This document shows positions 1 through 11,105 of a DNA stretch of 46,056 nucleotides, in pieces (positions within the stretch are counted from its first letter, which is position 1; each line of letters begins with the position of its first letter). The notes beneath the pieces were generated by a model. That model saw only the letters and a program-made list of their open reading frames with translations. It had not been told where the DNA came from and searched no databases. The stretch lies in assembly GCA_937922735.1 (NCBI GenBank), contig CALAJL010000087.1, forward strand, positions 1 through 46,056. The letters run 5' to 3'. Source of the DNA: an uncultured Gammaproteobacteria bacterium. GTDB taxonomy: Bacteria; Pseudomonadota; Gammaproteobacteria; UBA4575. Position numbers and translations under genes: made by a program.

Positions 1-1
1 A

Positions 2-214
2 ATACCTACTAACATTAAGTGGATTGCTACGGCGCCAATAACAGCGTCTTATGCCATTACATTTATCATAGTTGATAATTTATACGTTATTAGCGGACTA
101 GGGATTGGATTAACTGCTTTACTAATATACTTGCACTCTAAACCTAGTGAAATACAAGTTATTCATCAAGCTACTTACTCACCGTCTCCAAAATTACATC
201 AGCCAGTAACTTAA
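2..214 (+). CDS. Partial (5'-truncated) small membrane protein, YbaN/DUF454-like
   Basis: Not in ORF track. Frame 2 is open from the window edge: IPTNIKWIATAPITASYAITFIIVDNLYVISGLGIGLTALLIYLHSKPSE...PVT*. Two hydrophobic segments and the IPxxxK...IYL..P pattern resemble the YbaN C-terminus. Overlaps the oxyR 3' end convergently. Confidence 0.5.
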   Translation: MPTNIKWIATAPITASYAITFIIVDNLYVISGLGIGLTALLIYLHSKPSEIQVIHQATYSPSPKLHQPVT

Positions 215-1070
215 ACTCATATTGTCTTACACTCGCTTTTCGCCATGCGAGGCCTATTTCTCGGTAAGATTTATCTTTTAAGTCTTTTGTCAACACCTTA
301 GTGTTTTTTAGCAAACCACTGTCGATGGCCATTTGCGGAATAAAGGTAACTCCTAAATCACTATCCACCATCTGAATTAAGCTATATAAACCACTTGCTG
401 AGAATTTACTGATATTGCCTTTACGTGCAATGCTACAAGCGCTTAAGGCATGGTCTCGCAAACAATGTCCATCAGCTAATAACATAATTGCTTCCGTATT
501 ATTTTTACTAGGAGTAAACTTTTCTGGATCAATAAGTGAAGTGCCTTTTTTATAGGCTAGCTTAAACGGGTCATTGAATATAGAAATAGTTTCTGTGTTT
601 TGTAACTCAAAGGGTAACGCGAGCAATAACACATCCAACTCTCCCTCTAATAACTGGGTATGTATTTTTTTAGTCTGTTCCTCAATTAAATATAATTCAA
701 GCTTGGGATATTTTTTGCGAATCTTAGGAAGAATTTTTGGCAATAGAAATGGTGCAATCGTTGGAATGATACCCATCTTTAGCACACCACTAAGTGGCTC
801 TTGTATTGATTTTGCAATATCAACGATACCTTCCATATCAAACAAGGCCAAGCGAGCTTGCTGAGCTACTAATTTTCCTGCTGAAGTAAACACAACACTC
901 CGGTTGGTACGATCCACCAATGATGCATTGAGTAGTGTTTCTAAGTCCTTGATGGCCACACTAAAAGCAGACTGGGTAACAAAACAGGATTCTGCTGCAT
1001 GACCAAAATGTAAGTGTTTCTCTAGAGCAACTAAGTAACGCAGCTGTTTGACGGTAGGTAAATTAATCAT
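171..1070 (-). CDS. oxyR: Hydrogen peroxide-inducible LysR-family activator OxyR
   Basis: LysR HTH (LRYLVAL...HFGHAAESCFVTQS), GIIPTIAPFLLP, redox motif DGHCLRDHALSAC with Cys spacing as in C199/C208, and SYREIGLAWRK. Confidence 0.9.
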   Translation of the reverse strand: MINLPTVKQLRYLVALEKHLHFGHAAESCFVTQSAFSVAIKDLETLLNASLVDRTNRSVVFTSAGKLVAQQARLALFDMEGIVDIAKSIQEPLSGVLKMGIIPTIAPFLLPKILPKIRKKYPKLELYLIEEQTKKIHTQLLEGELDVLLLALPFELQNTETISIFNDPFKLAYKKGTSLIDPEKFTPSKNNTEAIMLLADGHCLRDHALSACSIARKGNISKFSASGLYSLIQMVDSDLGVTFIPQMAIDSGLLKNTKVLTKDLKDKSYREIGLAWRKASVRQYEFKLLADVILETVSK

Positions 1071-1133
1071 ACATAAAACCGATTGCTACAATGTAAATAA
1101 TGAAATTTACTTATAGCAAATTTAAACTAGAAT
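1069..1133 (+). promoter_or_regulatory. Putative OxyR-binding site and divergent sigma70 promoter
   Basis: ATAC-N7-CGAT-N7-ATGT-N7-GAAA (1069-1105; 9/16 to ATAG-N7-CTAT-N7-ATAG-N7-CTAT) directly abuts TTTACT(1106-1111)-16 nt-TAGAAT(1128-1133). Confidence 0.4.
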
Positions 1134-1139
1134 TACTAA

Positions 1140-1279
1140 CTATTGTAAAGATCTGACTAGATTAAAGAAAATATTCATTGCCCTAGAGATTAAAATACAA
1201 AGGTTTCAAGGAATACTCCTCCCTCCCAATTTCCTTATATATCTTTGAATACTCTGTTTTGCTAGGGCAATGTTTTTTT
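1140..1279 (+). ncRNA. Candidate small RNA divergent from oxyR
   Basis: Perfect 11-bp IR CATTGCCCTAG(1176-1186)/CTAGGGCAATG(1262-1272) followed by T7; inner imperfect stem; loop CTCCTCCCTCCCAATTTCC; no ORF. The 5' end is estimated from the promoter. Confidence 0.4.
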
Positions 1280-1280
1280 G

Positions 1281-1892
1281 TTAATTGGTTTCTGATTCTT
1301 CAATCATTTGCTGGATGCGTTCTTGTGCATCTTGACTAGACTCGAGCGCTTGTTGTGCACGAAGGCTATAGTCTTGATATGCTGGAATTGCAATCGCAGC
1401 CAAAATTCCAACTAATGCGATAACTATGGGAATAAGTAAACCTACAATCTTAATTCCTGTTGGATTTTCATTTGGCTGAGGTCCATATGAATTTGACCCT
1501 TTAGTCCCAGGCCAAAATAAAACATATAAGGCAAAAATAATTCCCACAAAAGGAACATACATTAGTATTTGCCACCAACCACTTCTATCTAGATCATTCA
1601 ACCTACGTCTTACTAAGATAATTGAAATTATAATCAGAGGTAAATATAGAGCAATTAATAGTAACGCTGAGGTTACACCTGATATGTCAGTTAAAACGGT
1701 AGCAATGGATGGAATAAGAAATGCCGCTATGCCTATTAAGAACAACGTTATTATCGTAAAAAGCATTCCATAAGCTAAATACCTTAATCTGCCTATTCTT
1801 CCATTGATTACAAATATTTTTGGTTGATAGGTTTCGGCAGATGCAGTTGCTGGGTTTGATTTCGGGCTTTCATATGGATTATTAGTTTCCAT
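1281..1892 (-). CDS. DUF805-family membrane protein with C-terminal type IV pilin-like helix
   Basis: NPYESP N-terminus, GRIGRLRY, VRRRLNDLDRSGWW, PGTKGSNSYGPQP (DUF805 motifs), then GILAAIAIPAYQDY. Confidence 0.8.
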   Translation of the reverse strand: METNNPYESPKSNPATASAETYQPKIFVINGRIGRLRYLAYGMLFTIITLFLIGIAAFLIPSIATVLTDISGVTSALLLIALYLPLIIISIILVRRRLNDLDRSGWWQILMYVPFVGIIFALYVLFWPGTKGSNSYGPQPNENPTGIKIVGLLIPIVIALVGILAAIAIPAYQDYSLRAQQALESSQDAQERIQQMIEESETN

Positions 1893-1983
1893 AAATATTC
1901 CTGGAGAGTTATAAGCGATATTTTTCTTAATGTGTTATTTGAATGATTAACACATCATACGAAGCTAGTAGATGAGCTATTAG

Positions 1984-2571
1984 TTAATGAATAATATCTA
2001 GAAATTCTAAAATTTCATCTGCTGTTGCTCGGCCGCGGTGGTTATCACTTACTTTAGAGTACTGAACATAACCGTCATGATCGATTACTAATGCTGCTGG
2101 ATATGCAGTTTCATCTGGTGCATTCCATCTAAGACCTAGATGATTTGTAATAGCATAATCACTATCAATAACGAAAATAAAATTACTTGGTAAATCCTCT
2201 ACTTCTTCTAATGGTGCTGTAAATTCTTTAGCACGTGTATCCAGATTGTTTACTTCTCCAGGATAGATAAATACAACAGGCGTATTTCTTTGTTGTTCAA
2301 ATTCTTTTGCTTTAGCAATATAGCCTGCAACTTGAGTTGAACATACTGGGCATTGCTTACCAGGGAATCCGCGGAGCATGACAATTACTACAGAGCCTTT
2401 TTCAACTGCTTTTGAAAGTTGAAACGAACCACCATTCATGGTGACACCAGAAAAATCCTCTAATAACGTACCTTCTTTAGGACCAATCTGAATATCGCCA
2501 GCATATGAATAACCTGTTAAACAAATTAGAAGTAATAACGAAATAGTAGTAGCTAATTTTTTATTCATCAA
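1984..2571 (-). CDS. Exported thioredoxin-fold redoxin (AhpC/TSA-like)
   Basis: Signal peptide (..GYSYA), RGFPGKQCPVC CxxC motif, TAYPAALVIDHDGYVQY. Confidence 0.75.
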   Translation of the reverse strand: MMNKKLATTISLLLLICLTGYSYAGDIQIGPKEGTLLEDFSGVTMNGGSFQLSKAVEKGSVVIVMLRGFPGKQCPVCSTQVAGYIAKAKEFEQQRNTPVVFIYPGEVNNLDTRAKEFTAPLEEVEDLPSNFIFVIDSDYAITNHLGLRWNAPDETAYPAALVIDHDGYVQYSKVSDNHRGRATADEILEFLDIIH

Positions 2572-2602
2572 AGTGCCTAATTCTATTTGGAGAATAACAA
2601 GA

Positions 2603-4432
2603 CTATTCCACTGTCACCGACTTAGCAAGATTACGTGGTTGATCCACATCAGTGCCTTTTAGTATTGCTACATGATACGCAAGCAATTGGAGAGGAATAG
2701 TGAATAATATAGGAGCGACTGCATTATCAGGAGCATCTACTTCTATAACAATAGTATCAGGCTCTGATAAAAAGCCTGAACTAACATCTGCAAATACATG
2801 CAGTACACCACCACGTGCACGGACTTCTTCAAGATTGGATTTTAATTTTTCTAGCAGCTCATCATTCGGTGCTACTGCTATAATAGGCATTTTATCGTCT
2901 ACTAATGCTATTGGCCCATGTTTAAGTTCACCTGCTGGATAAGCCTCAGCATGTATATACGATATTTCTTTTAGCTTTAGCGCACCTTCCATGGCTACTG
3001 GGTGATGAGAACCACGCCCGAGGAACAATGCATTATTTTTATCACCATAGTGTTTGGCTAATTTTTTAATTTTCCCGTCTAACTCTAGAACACTATTAAT
3101 TCGGGCAGGTAAGTTGGTCAACTGTTCAACTAGAATTTTTTCCATCTCGTCATGCATACCATGACGTCGACCTGCTGTGATCACTAGTAACAACAATGCA
3201 ATTAACTGTGTAGTAAAAGCCTTAGTGGATGCAACACCGATTTCTGGACCGGCATGTGTCATAAGCACTAAATCAGATTCCCGCACTAATGAACTTTCAG
3301 GCACGTTACATATAACCAAAGAACCCACATATCCTTCTTGTTTCGCTTGTTGTAATGCCGCTAATGTATCGGCTGTCTCACCAGATTGAGAGATCGTTAC
3401 AAACAATGTGCCGGGTTGAACAACATGTTTTCGATAGCGAAATTCGCTAGCCACATCAATAAAACATGGAATACCGGCTAATTCTTCAAACCAAAATTTT
3501 GCAATCAAACCAGAATGGTAACTGGTACCACACGCGATAATCTGAATTATTTTTGTTTGATCTAGTATTTCTTTTGCTTTAGGGCCTAAGATTTGCTCAG
3601 CGACACGACCATTAATTAATCTACCTTCAAGAGTGTCTGAGATGGCTTGTGGTTGCTCATATATTTCTTTGAGCATGTAATGCGGATAACCACCTTTTTC
3701 TACCGCGTCTGCTGATAGTTTGCTTATTTTTGATTCCCTTTTAACCAATGTTCCCGTGTGATCAAGTATGCTAATTGCATCACGTGTGATTTCTGCAATA
3801 TCACCATTTTCTAAAAATATAAATTCGTTAGTTTCTTTTAATAAGGCTTGTACATCTGATGCAATATAATTTCCTTTATCACCTATTCCTAGAACTAAAG
3901 GACTACCATTTCGTGCGGCAATTAATTTATCAGGATCATTTTTATCAATCACCCCTAATGCATAGGCTCCTTTGAGGTCTTTAATGGTATTACTAACCGC
4001 TTGATAGAGTGTGAGCTCTTGATCTAAATAGTGAACAATTTGATGAGCAATAACCTCAGTATCTGTTTCTGAAGTAAAACTGAATCCTTGCTTAATTTGT
4101 TGTTCTTTTAATTCTTCGAAATTTTCAATGATGCCGTTATGAACAATCGCAACACGGTTATTACAGATATGTGGGTGAGCATTATTTTCTGCTGGAATGC
4201 CATGGGTTGCCCAGCGGGTATGCGCAATACCCAATTCACCAACTAAGGCACTTTGATCGAGAGCTTTGCTTAATTCACTTACTTTGCCGGTTCTACGTAC
4301 GCGGTCAATGGTTCCGTTTGTCAGCACAGCCATCCCAGCCGAGTCATAGCCTCGATATTCTAAACGGCGTAATCCCTCTAATAATACTGGTGATACATCT
4401 CGATTAGCGATCGCTCCAACAATTCCACACAT
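2603..4432 (-). CDS. glmS: Glutamine-fructose-6-phosphate aminotransferase
   Basis: Start reset to MCGIVG (ATG at 4432); RLEYRGYDSAG, HTRWATHG, C-terminal PRNLAKSVTVE. Confidence 0.98.
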   Translation of the reverse strand: MCGIVGAIANRDVSPVLLEGLRRLEYRGYDSAGMAVLTNGTIDRVRRTGKVSELSKALDQSALVGELGIAHTRWATHGIPAENNAHPHICNNRVAIVHNGIIENFEELKEQQIKQGFSFTSETDTEVIAHQIVHYLDQELTLYQAVSNTIKDLKGAYALGVIDKNDPDKLIAARNGSPLVLGIGDKGNYIASDVQALLKETNEFIFLENGDIAEITRDAISILDHTGTLVKRESKISKLSADAVEKGGYPHYMLKEIYEQPQAISDTLEGRLINGRVAEQILGPKAKEILDQTKIIQIIACGTSYHSGLIAKFWFEELAGIPCFIDVASEFRYRKHVVQPGTLFVTISQSGETADTLAALQQAKQEGYVGSLVICNVPESSLVRESDLVLMTHAGPEIGVASTKAFTTQLIALLLLVITAGRRHGMHDEMEKILVEQLTNLPARINSVLELDGKIKKLAKHYGDKNNALFLGRGSHHPVAMEGALKLKEISYIHAEAYPAGELKHGPIALVDDKMPIIAVAPNDELLEKLKSNLEEVRARGGVLHVFADVSSGFLSEPDTIVIEVDAPDNAVAPILFTIPLQLLAYHVAILKGTDVDQPRNLAKSVTVE

Positions 4433-4457
4433 ATATTTTTCTACTTTATTTGAATAT

Positions 4458-5891
4458 TTATTTAGGCTTTTTTTGTGGCCGTTGCCAATTATCAATAGTG
4501 AATTGTTTACTACGTGCCAATGTTAATTTTTGTTCAGGAGTATCTTTTGTAATGGTTGAACCTGCCCCAATTGTTGCTCCATCGCCTATAGTCACAGGAG
4601 CTACAAATTGAGTATCTGAACCAACGAATACATTATCACCAATAATAGTGCGGTGTTTGTTAGCTCCGTCATAATTACAGGTTATTGTCCCTGCTCCAAT
4701 GTTTACGTTTTCGCCGACCTCACTATCACCGATATAGCTTAAGTGATTAATTTTACTACCCGCTTTGACATCAGCTTTCTTAATTTCTACAAAGTTACCA
4801 ACTTTTACCTTATTTCCTAAATTTGTATCTGGGCGGATACGTGCATAGGGGCCCACTTCACATTTTTCACCTATGTTGGCATTCTCAATATGACAATTTG
4901 CGAGAATATTCGTACCAGCTTTGATTTTCGAGTTAATAATGACAGCATTTGCACCAATAGATACGCCATCACCAAATTCATTGTCGCCTATAAATATACT
5001 ATTGATATCAATTTCTACATCTTTACCCGTAATCAAACTTCCACGCACATCTATACGATTTGAATCAATAAGCGTTACACCATTCGTCATTAATTTTTCT
5101 GCGATTCGTTGCTGTATTATTCGCTCAACTTGTGAGAGATTCATTTTATTATTCACACCGAGAATTTCTTTCTCGTCGTTACAAACTATTGCTTCAACGA
5201 TTTGCTTTTGTTTTACAGCTAATGCTATACAGTCTGTTAGGTAATATTCTTGTTGAGCATTATCGTTACTTATTTTTCCTAACCATTCTTTTAGGTGGCC
5301 GGCTTGTGCTGCCAAAATACCAGAATTTATTTCTTTAATTTTTAAGGTTATTGAATCAGCATCTTTCTGTTCAACTATTGCTTTAACATTTTTAACAGAG
5401 TCATTTAATACATCATTCATGCTTCTTTGAATTTCGCCCTGTGAATACGTATCGTTAGTACCTTCACGAACGATACGCCCATACCCAGTGGGATCATCTA
5501 GCATCGCTGACAATAGAACTAATTCTTTAGCCGATAATTCATTTATAAGTTGTTGCAATGTATCTATTTTAAGTAATGGCACATCACCATATAAAATTAA
5601 TACATTTTGTTGATCATTTTTAATATGTGGGAGAGCTTGTTGCACTGCATGACCTGTGCCTAACTGCTCTTCTTGCAAACACCAGGTTATAGCATCATTT
5701 TGAATAGTTTCTTTTACTAGTTCTGCACCATGTCCAATTACTACATGAATTGCATCAGGTGATAGTTTTTGTGCAGTATCAATTACATGAGCCAACATCG
5801 ATTTACCAGCTACTTTATGAAGCACCTTTGGCAAATCACTATGCATGCGTGTACCTTTACCCGCTGCAAGAATGATAATTTCTAAACCCAT
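4458..5891 (-). CDS. glmU: Bifunctional UDP-GlcNAc pyrophosphorylase/glucosamine-1-P acetyltransferase
   Basis: LAAGKGTRMHSDLPKVLH, QLGTGHAV, hexapeptide repeats, TCNYDGANKH. Confidence 0.98.
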   Translation of the reverse strand: MGLEIIILAAGKGTRMHSDLPKVLHKVAGKSMLAHVIDTAQKLSPDAIHVVIGHGAELVKETIQNDAITWCLQEEQLGTGHAVQQALPHIKNDQQNVLILYGDVPLLKIDTLQQLINELSAKELVLLSAMLDDPTGYGRIVREGTNDTYSQGEIQRSMNDVLNDSVKNVKAIVEQKDADSITLKIKEINSGILAAQAGHLKEWLGKISNDNAQQEYYLTDCIALAVKQKQIVEAIVCNDEKEILGVNNKMNLSQVERIIQQRIAEKLMTNGVTLIDSNRIDVRGSLITGKDVEIDINSIFIGDNEFGDGVSIGANAVIINSKIKAGTNILANCHIENANIGEKCEVGPYARIRPDTNLGNKVKVGNFVEIKKADVKAGSKINHLSYIGDSEVGENVNIGAGTITCNYDGANKHRTIIGDNVFVGSDTQFVAPVTIGDGATIGAGSTITKDTPEQKLTLARSKQFTIDNWQRPQKKPK

Positions 5892-6085
5892 ATTAAATAA
5901 TTATGTTTATATACAAAGGAGGATATCAGTAACACATGAATAGTTTGTTTACATGCATCAACTTTTACAACAGTTTATGACAAACTGGCAAAGAAAAAAA
6001 AGTTTAATCAGAATAGATGGGTTAACAGCCAGATAAGCCGCTACTCAAACTTTACAAAAGTATTGATCGGGTTTAAGGTCTTGTT

Positions 6086-6514
6086 TTACTTGCGTATTTT
6101 ACGCATTCTTTCAATCATGCGCAGCTGCTCAGCTGCCCTGACTAACTCGGCTTGTGCTTTCGCAGCATCAAAATCACCTTGTTGATCTTTAAGTGCTTCT
6201 TCAGCGCGTTGCTTAGCTTCTAGGGCTTTTGCTTCATCTAGATCTTCTGCGCGTATGGCAGTATCAGAAAGAACGGTCACTACACCTGGTTGAACTTCAA
6301 GAATGCCGCCAGATACATAAAGGTACTGGTCTTCTTCACCTTCAACTTCAATCTTTAATTCTCCAGGGCGTAACCCAGTAACCAATGGAGTATGGCGGGG
6401 ATAGATACCAACATCACCCATTTGTGCAGGCGCAAATACTGCGCTAATCGTGCCAGAGAATAATTCTTTCTCAGCACTGACTACATCAAGATGCATAGTG
6501 GTATTTTCAGCCAT
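6086..6514 (-). CDS. atpC: ATP synthase F1 epsilon
   Basis: LDVVSAEKELFSG, GIYPRHTPLVT, SGGILEVQP; last gene of atp operon. Confidence 0.97.
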   Translation of the reverse strand: MAENTTMHLDVVSAEKELFSGTISAVFAPAQMGDVGIYPRHTPLVTGLRPGELKIEVEGEEDQYLYVSGGILEVQPGVVTVLSDTAIRAEDLDEAKALEAKQRAEEALKDQQGDFDAAKAQAELVRAAEQLRMIERMRKIRK

Positions 6515-7906
<1,392 letters not shown>

Positions 7907-7966
7907 TTAGCTCTTAATTTATTAATACTATTTCAATTCTGTTTTTCAAATACTTTGCTATGTTTG

Positions 7967-8830
7967 TTACACCGCTGCAGCACCACCGACAATTTCTGAT
8001 ATTTCTTGTGTAATTGCTGCTTGTCGTGCTTTGTTGTATGCCAATTCCAAATCTGAGATAAGGTCGCCAGCATTATCCGATGCACTTTTCATCGCCACCA
8101 TTCTTGCTGACATTTCACATGCAACGTTTTCAACGACACCTTGATAAACGATAGATTCTGCGTAGCGTGTAAGTAAACTATCTAACACTGTCTTGGCATC
8201 TGGCTCATAAATGTAGTCCCAATGGTGTTTCAACTCATCGTTATCTTCTGCAGCAAGCGGAAGCAATGGAGATACTTTAGGCTCTTGTGTCATGGAGTTT
8301 ATAAATTCATTTTCAACTAAATACAAACGATCGATTTTTCCGTCTGTATAAGCATCTAGCATTGCTTTTATGGTTCCAATCAATTCATCTAAATGAACTT
8401 CGTCGCCTAACTGTGATACTTGTGAGACGATGTTTGCTGAAAACTTTTTAAAGAATTGTGTGGCTTTAGCGCCAATCAAACAAAAGTCAATTTCAATATT
8501 CTTTTCTTGCCACTGTTGCATATCTTTAACAGCAGCTTTAAATAAATTTACATTTAAGCCGCCACACAAACCACGGTCACTCGAAATAATGATGTAACCC
8601 ACGCGTTTGACTTCATCTCGATCTAGCAAGAAGGGATGATTATATTCAGTATTTGCATTTGCTAGATGACCTATGACATTACGCATTTTTGCAGCATAAG
8701 GACGTGTTGCGTTCATGCGATCTTTAGCTTTGCGCATTTTACTCGCTGCAACCATCTCCATGGCTTTAGTGATCTTTTGAGTATTTTTAATACTCGCAAT
8801 CTGCGTTCTAATTTCTTTTTCGTTTGCCAT
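7967..8830 (-). CDS. atpG: ATP synthase F1 gamma
   Basis: [38 protein letters not shown]. Confidence 0.99.
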   Translation of the reverse strand: MANEKEIRTQIASIKNTQKITKAMEMVAASKMRKAKDRMNATRPYAAKMRNVIGHLANANTEYNHPFLLDRDEVKRVGYIIISSDRGLCGGLNVNLFKAAVKDMQQWQEKNIEIDFCLIGAKATQFFKKFSANIVSQVSQLGDEVHLDELIGTIKAMLDAYTDGKIDRLYLVENEFINSMTQEPKVSPLLPLAAEDNDELKHHWDYIYEPDAKTVLDSLLTRYAESIVYQGVVENVACEMSARMVAMKSASDNAGDLISDLELAYNKARQAAITQEISEIVGGAAAV

Positions 8831-8885
8831 TATTTATTAACTTAAAGATTTGCCTTTAGTTAGCTAGAAATAAAATTGTATATTT

Positions 8886-10427
8886 CTACCAAGTACCTTT
8901 TGCCTTGAAGTCTTCAATCGCTTTCGTTAGTGATGTTTCAATTTCGTCATTGTAATCACCAGTGTTATTAATATTGTCGACCAAATCTTTATATTGTGAA
9001 TTCATAAAATCATGCATAGATTTTTCAAAATCTACCACTTTATTTACATCAACATCATCGATATAACCTTTGTCGACTGCAAACAACGATAAGGACAATT
9101 CAGCAACGTTTAATGGTGCATATTGATTCTGTTTCATCAGTTCCATTACACGTTCACCACGCTCTAACTGCTTCCTAGTTTGTTCATCAAGATCTGATGC
9201 AAACTGAGAGAACGCTGCAAGTTCACGATATTGAGCTAGCGCTAATCGCACACCACCACCAAGCTTTTTAACAATCTTAGTTTGTGCAGCACCGCCTACA
9301 CGCGACACCGATAGACCCGCATTAATAGCCGGTCGAAATCCAGAGTTAAACAAATCACTTTCTAAGAAAATCTGACCATCTGTAATGGAGATTACGTTAG
9401 TTGGGACGAATGCCGATACGTCACCGGCTTGTGTTTCAATTATAGGTAATGCAGTTAATGAACCGGTTTTTCCTTTCACTTCACCTTTAGTAAATTCTTC
9501 AACATATTCTGCATTTACACGCGACGCACGCTCCAATAAACGTGAGTGTAAGTAAAATACATCGCCCGGATATGCTTCACGACCCGGTGGACGACGTAAC
9601 AATAATGATACTTGTCTATATGCCCAAGCCTGTTTGGTTAAATCATCATAAATGATTAATGCATCTTCACCGCGATCACGAAAGTACTCGCCCATTGAGC
9701 AACCAGAATAAGGGGCAATGTATTGCATTGCAGCTGATTCCGCTGCCGCAGCATTCACAATAATGGTGTGGCCCATTGCATCATGTTCTTCTAACTTGCG
9801 TACCACGTTGGCAACAGATGAATTCTTTTGTCCAATTGCGACATAGATACATTTAACACCAGTACCTTTCTGATTAATGATGGCATCAATCGCTACAGCG
9901 GTTTTACCTGTTTGACGATCACCAATAATTAATTCACGTTGGCCTCGACCAATGGGTACCATCGCATCAATAGACTTCAATCCTGTTTGAACAGGTTGAT
10001 CTACAGACTTACGTTCGATTACACCCGGTGCAATTTTTTCGATTGGTGCAGTTAATGAAGTTTTAATTGGACCTTTACCGTCAATAGGCTCACCCAAAGA
10101 ATTAACAACACGGCCTAATAGTTCTGGTCCAATTGGCACCTCAAGAATCCGGCCTGTACACGAAACTTTGTCACCTTCAGTAATCTGTTTGTAATCACCT
10201 AGCACTACAGCACCTACAGAGTCACGCTCTAAGTTAAGTGCCATACCAAAAGTATTATTTGGAAATTCCAACATTTCACCGGCCATCACATCGGCCAATC
10301 CATGTACACGCACAATACCGTCGGTTACACCTACTACAGTGCCCTCTGTACGCGCCTCAGCAACTGCATCAAAGTTTTCAATGCGGTTTTTTATGAGTTC
10401 GCTAATTTCTGTTGGGTTAAGTTGCAT
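8886..10427 (-). CDS. atpA: ATP synthase F1 alpha
   Basis: [29 protein letters not shown]. Confidence 0.99.
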   Translation of the reverse strand: MQLNPTEISELIKNRIENFDAVAEARTEGTVVGVTDGIVRVHGLADVMAGEMLEFPNNTFGMALNLERDSVGAVVLGDYKQITEGDKVSCTGRILEVPIGPELLGRVVNSLGEPIDGKGPIKTSLTAPIEKIAPGVIERKSVDQPVQTGLKSIDAMVPIGRGQRELIIGDRQTGKTAVAIDAIINQKGTGVKCIYVAIGQKNSSVANVVRKLEEHDAMGHTIIVNAAAAESAAMQYIAPYSGCSMGEYFRDRGEDALIIYDDLTKQAWAYRQVSLLLRRPPGREAYPGDVFYLHSRLLERASRVNAEYVEEFTKGEVKGKTGSLTALPIIETQAGDVSAFVPTNVISITDGQIFLESDLFNSGFRPAINAGLSVSRVGGAAQTKIVKKLGGGVRLALAQYRELAAFSQFASDLDEQTRKQLERGERVMELMKQNQYAPLNVAELSLSLFAVDKGYIDDVDVNKVVDFEKSMHDFMNSQYKDLVDNINNTGDYNDEIETSLTKAIEDFKAKGTW

Positions 10428-10518
10428 GTTTCAAATCCTCTTATATACCTTTTTCGGTTTACCTTAGCGGTGTACCTATATTTGTTTACCCAGTACCTAA
10501 AATTAATTCTTAAATAAT

Positions 10519-11055
10519 TTAATTCGTTAATGAAGTAGAAAGCTTTGTTAAGCGCCCACTAACAGACCCATCAATGACCATGTCTCCAGCGCGTATGATC
10601 GCTCCACCAATTAAAGTTGGATCTACTTTAGAAGTAATACGTACTTCTTTACCTAATCGTTTCTTGAGTGCATCTGCAATTTTAGTTAATTGTGCATCAC
10701 TTGTTTCGCTGGCAGAGATTACCTCAGCATCAATGCTTCCTTCAGCTTCTGCACGATAATGCTCGTACAATGCAGCAATTTCTGGCAATAATTTAATACG
10801 ATCGTTTTCAGCTAACAATTTAACGAAATTTTTTGCGCGCTGATCTACCTTATCACCACAAACAGAGATAAACATTTCAGCAGACTGTGCTTGTGATAAC
10901 CCCGGGCTATTTAGCAAAGCTGCCATCTTAGGGTCATAACTTACTGCTGCCATAAACGCTAACATATCCGTCCACTGCTGCTGCTCGCTATGTGTATTCG
11001 CTATGTCATACGCTGCTCTTGCATATGGTCTCGCGGCTGTAGTTAGTTCAGACAT
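10519..11055 (-). CDS. atpH: ATP synthase F1 delta
   Basis: TTAARPYARAA, LIGGAIIRAGDMVIDGSV. Confidence 0.97.
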   Translation of the reverse strand: MSELTTAARPYARAAYDIANTHSEQQQWTDMLAFMAAVSYDPKMAALLNSPGLSQAQSAEMFISVCGDKVDQRAKNFVKLLAENDRIKLLPEIAALYEHYRAEAEGSIDAEVISASETSDAQLTKIADALKKRLGKEVRITSKVDPTLIGGAIIRAGDMVIDGSVSGRLTKLSTSLTN

Positions 11056-11105
11056 TAATTATTTAAATTTACTGATTATGTAGTAATTAAGTTATGTATT
11101 TTGAA

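Noticed and set aside
2572-2640. Tn7-like insertion at the glmS 3' end
   Set aside because: No transposon end, target duplication or tns genes visible; the next gene begins ~31 bp downstream.
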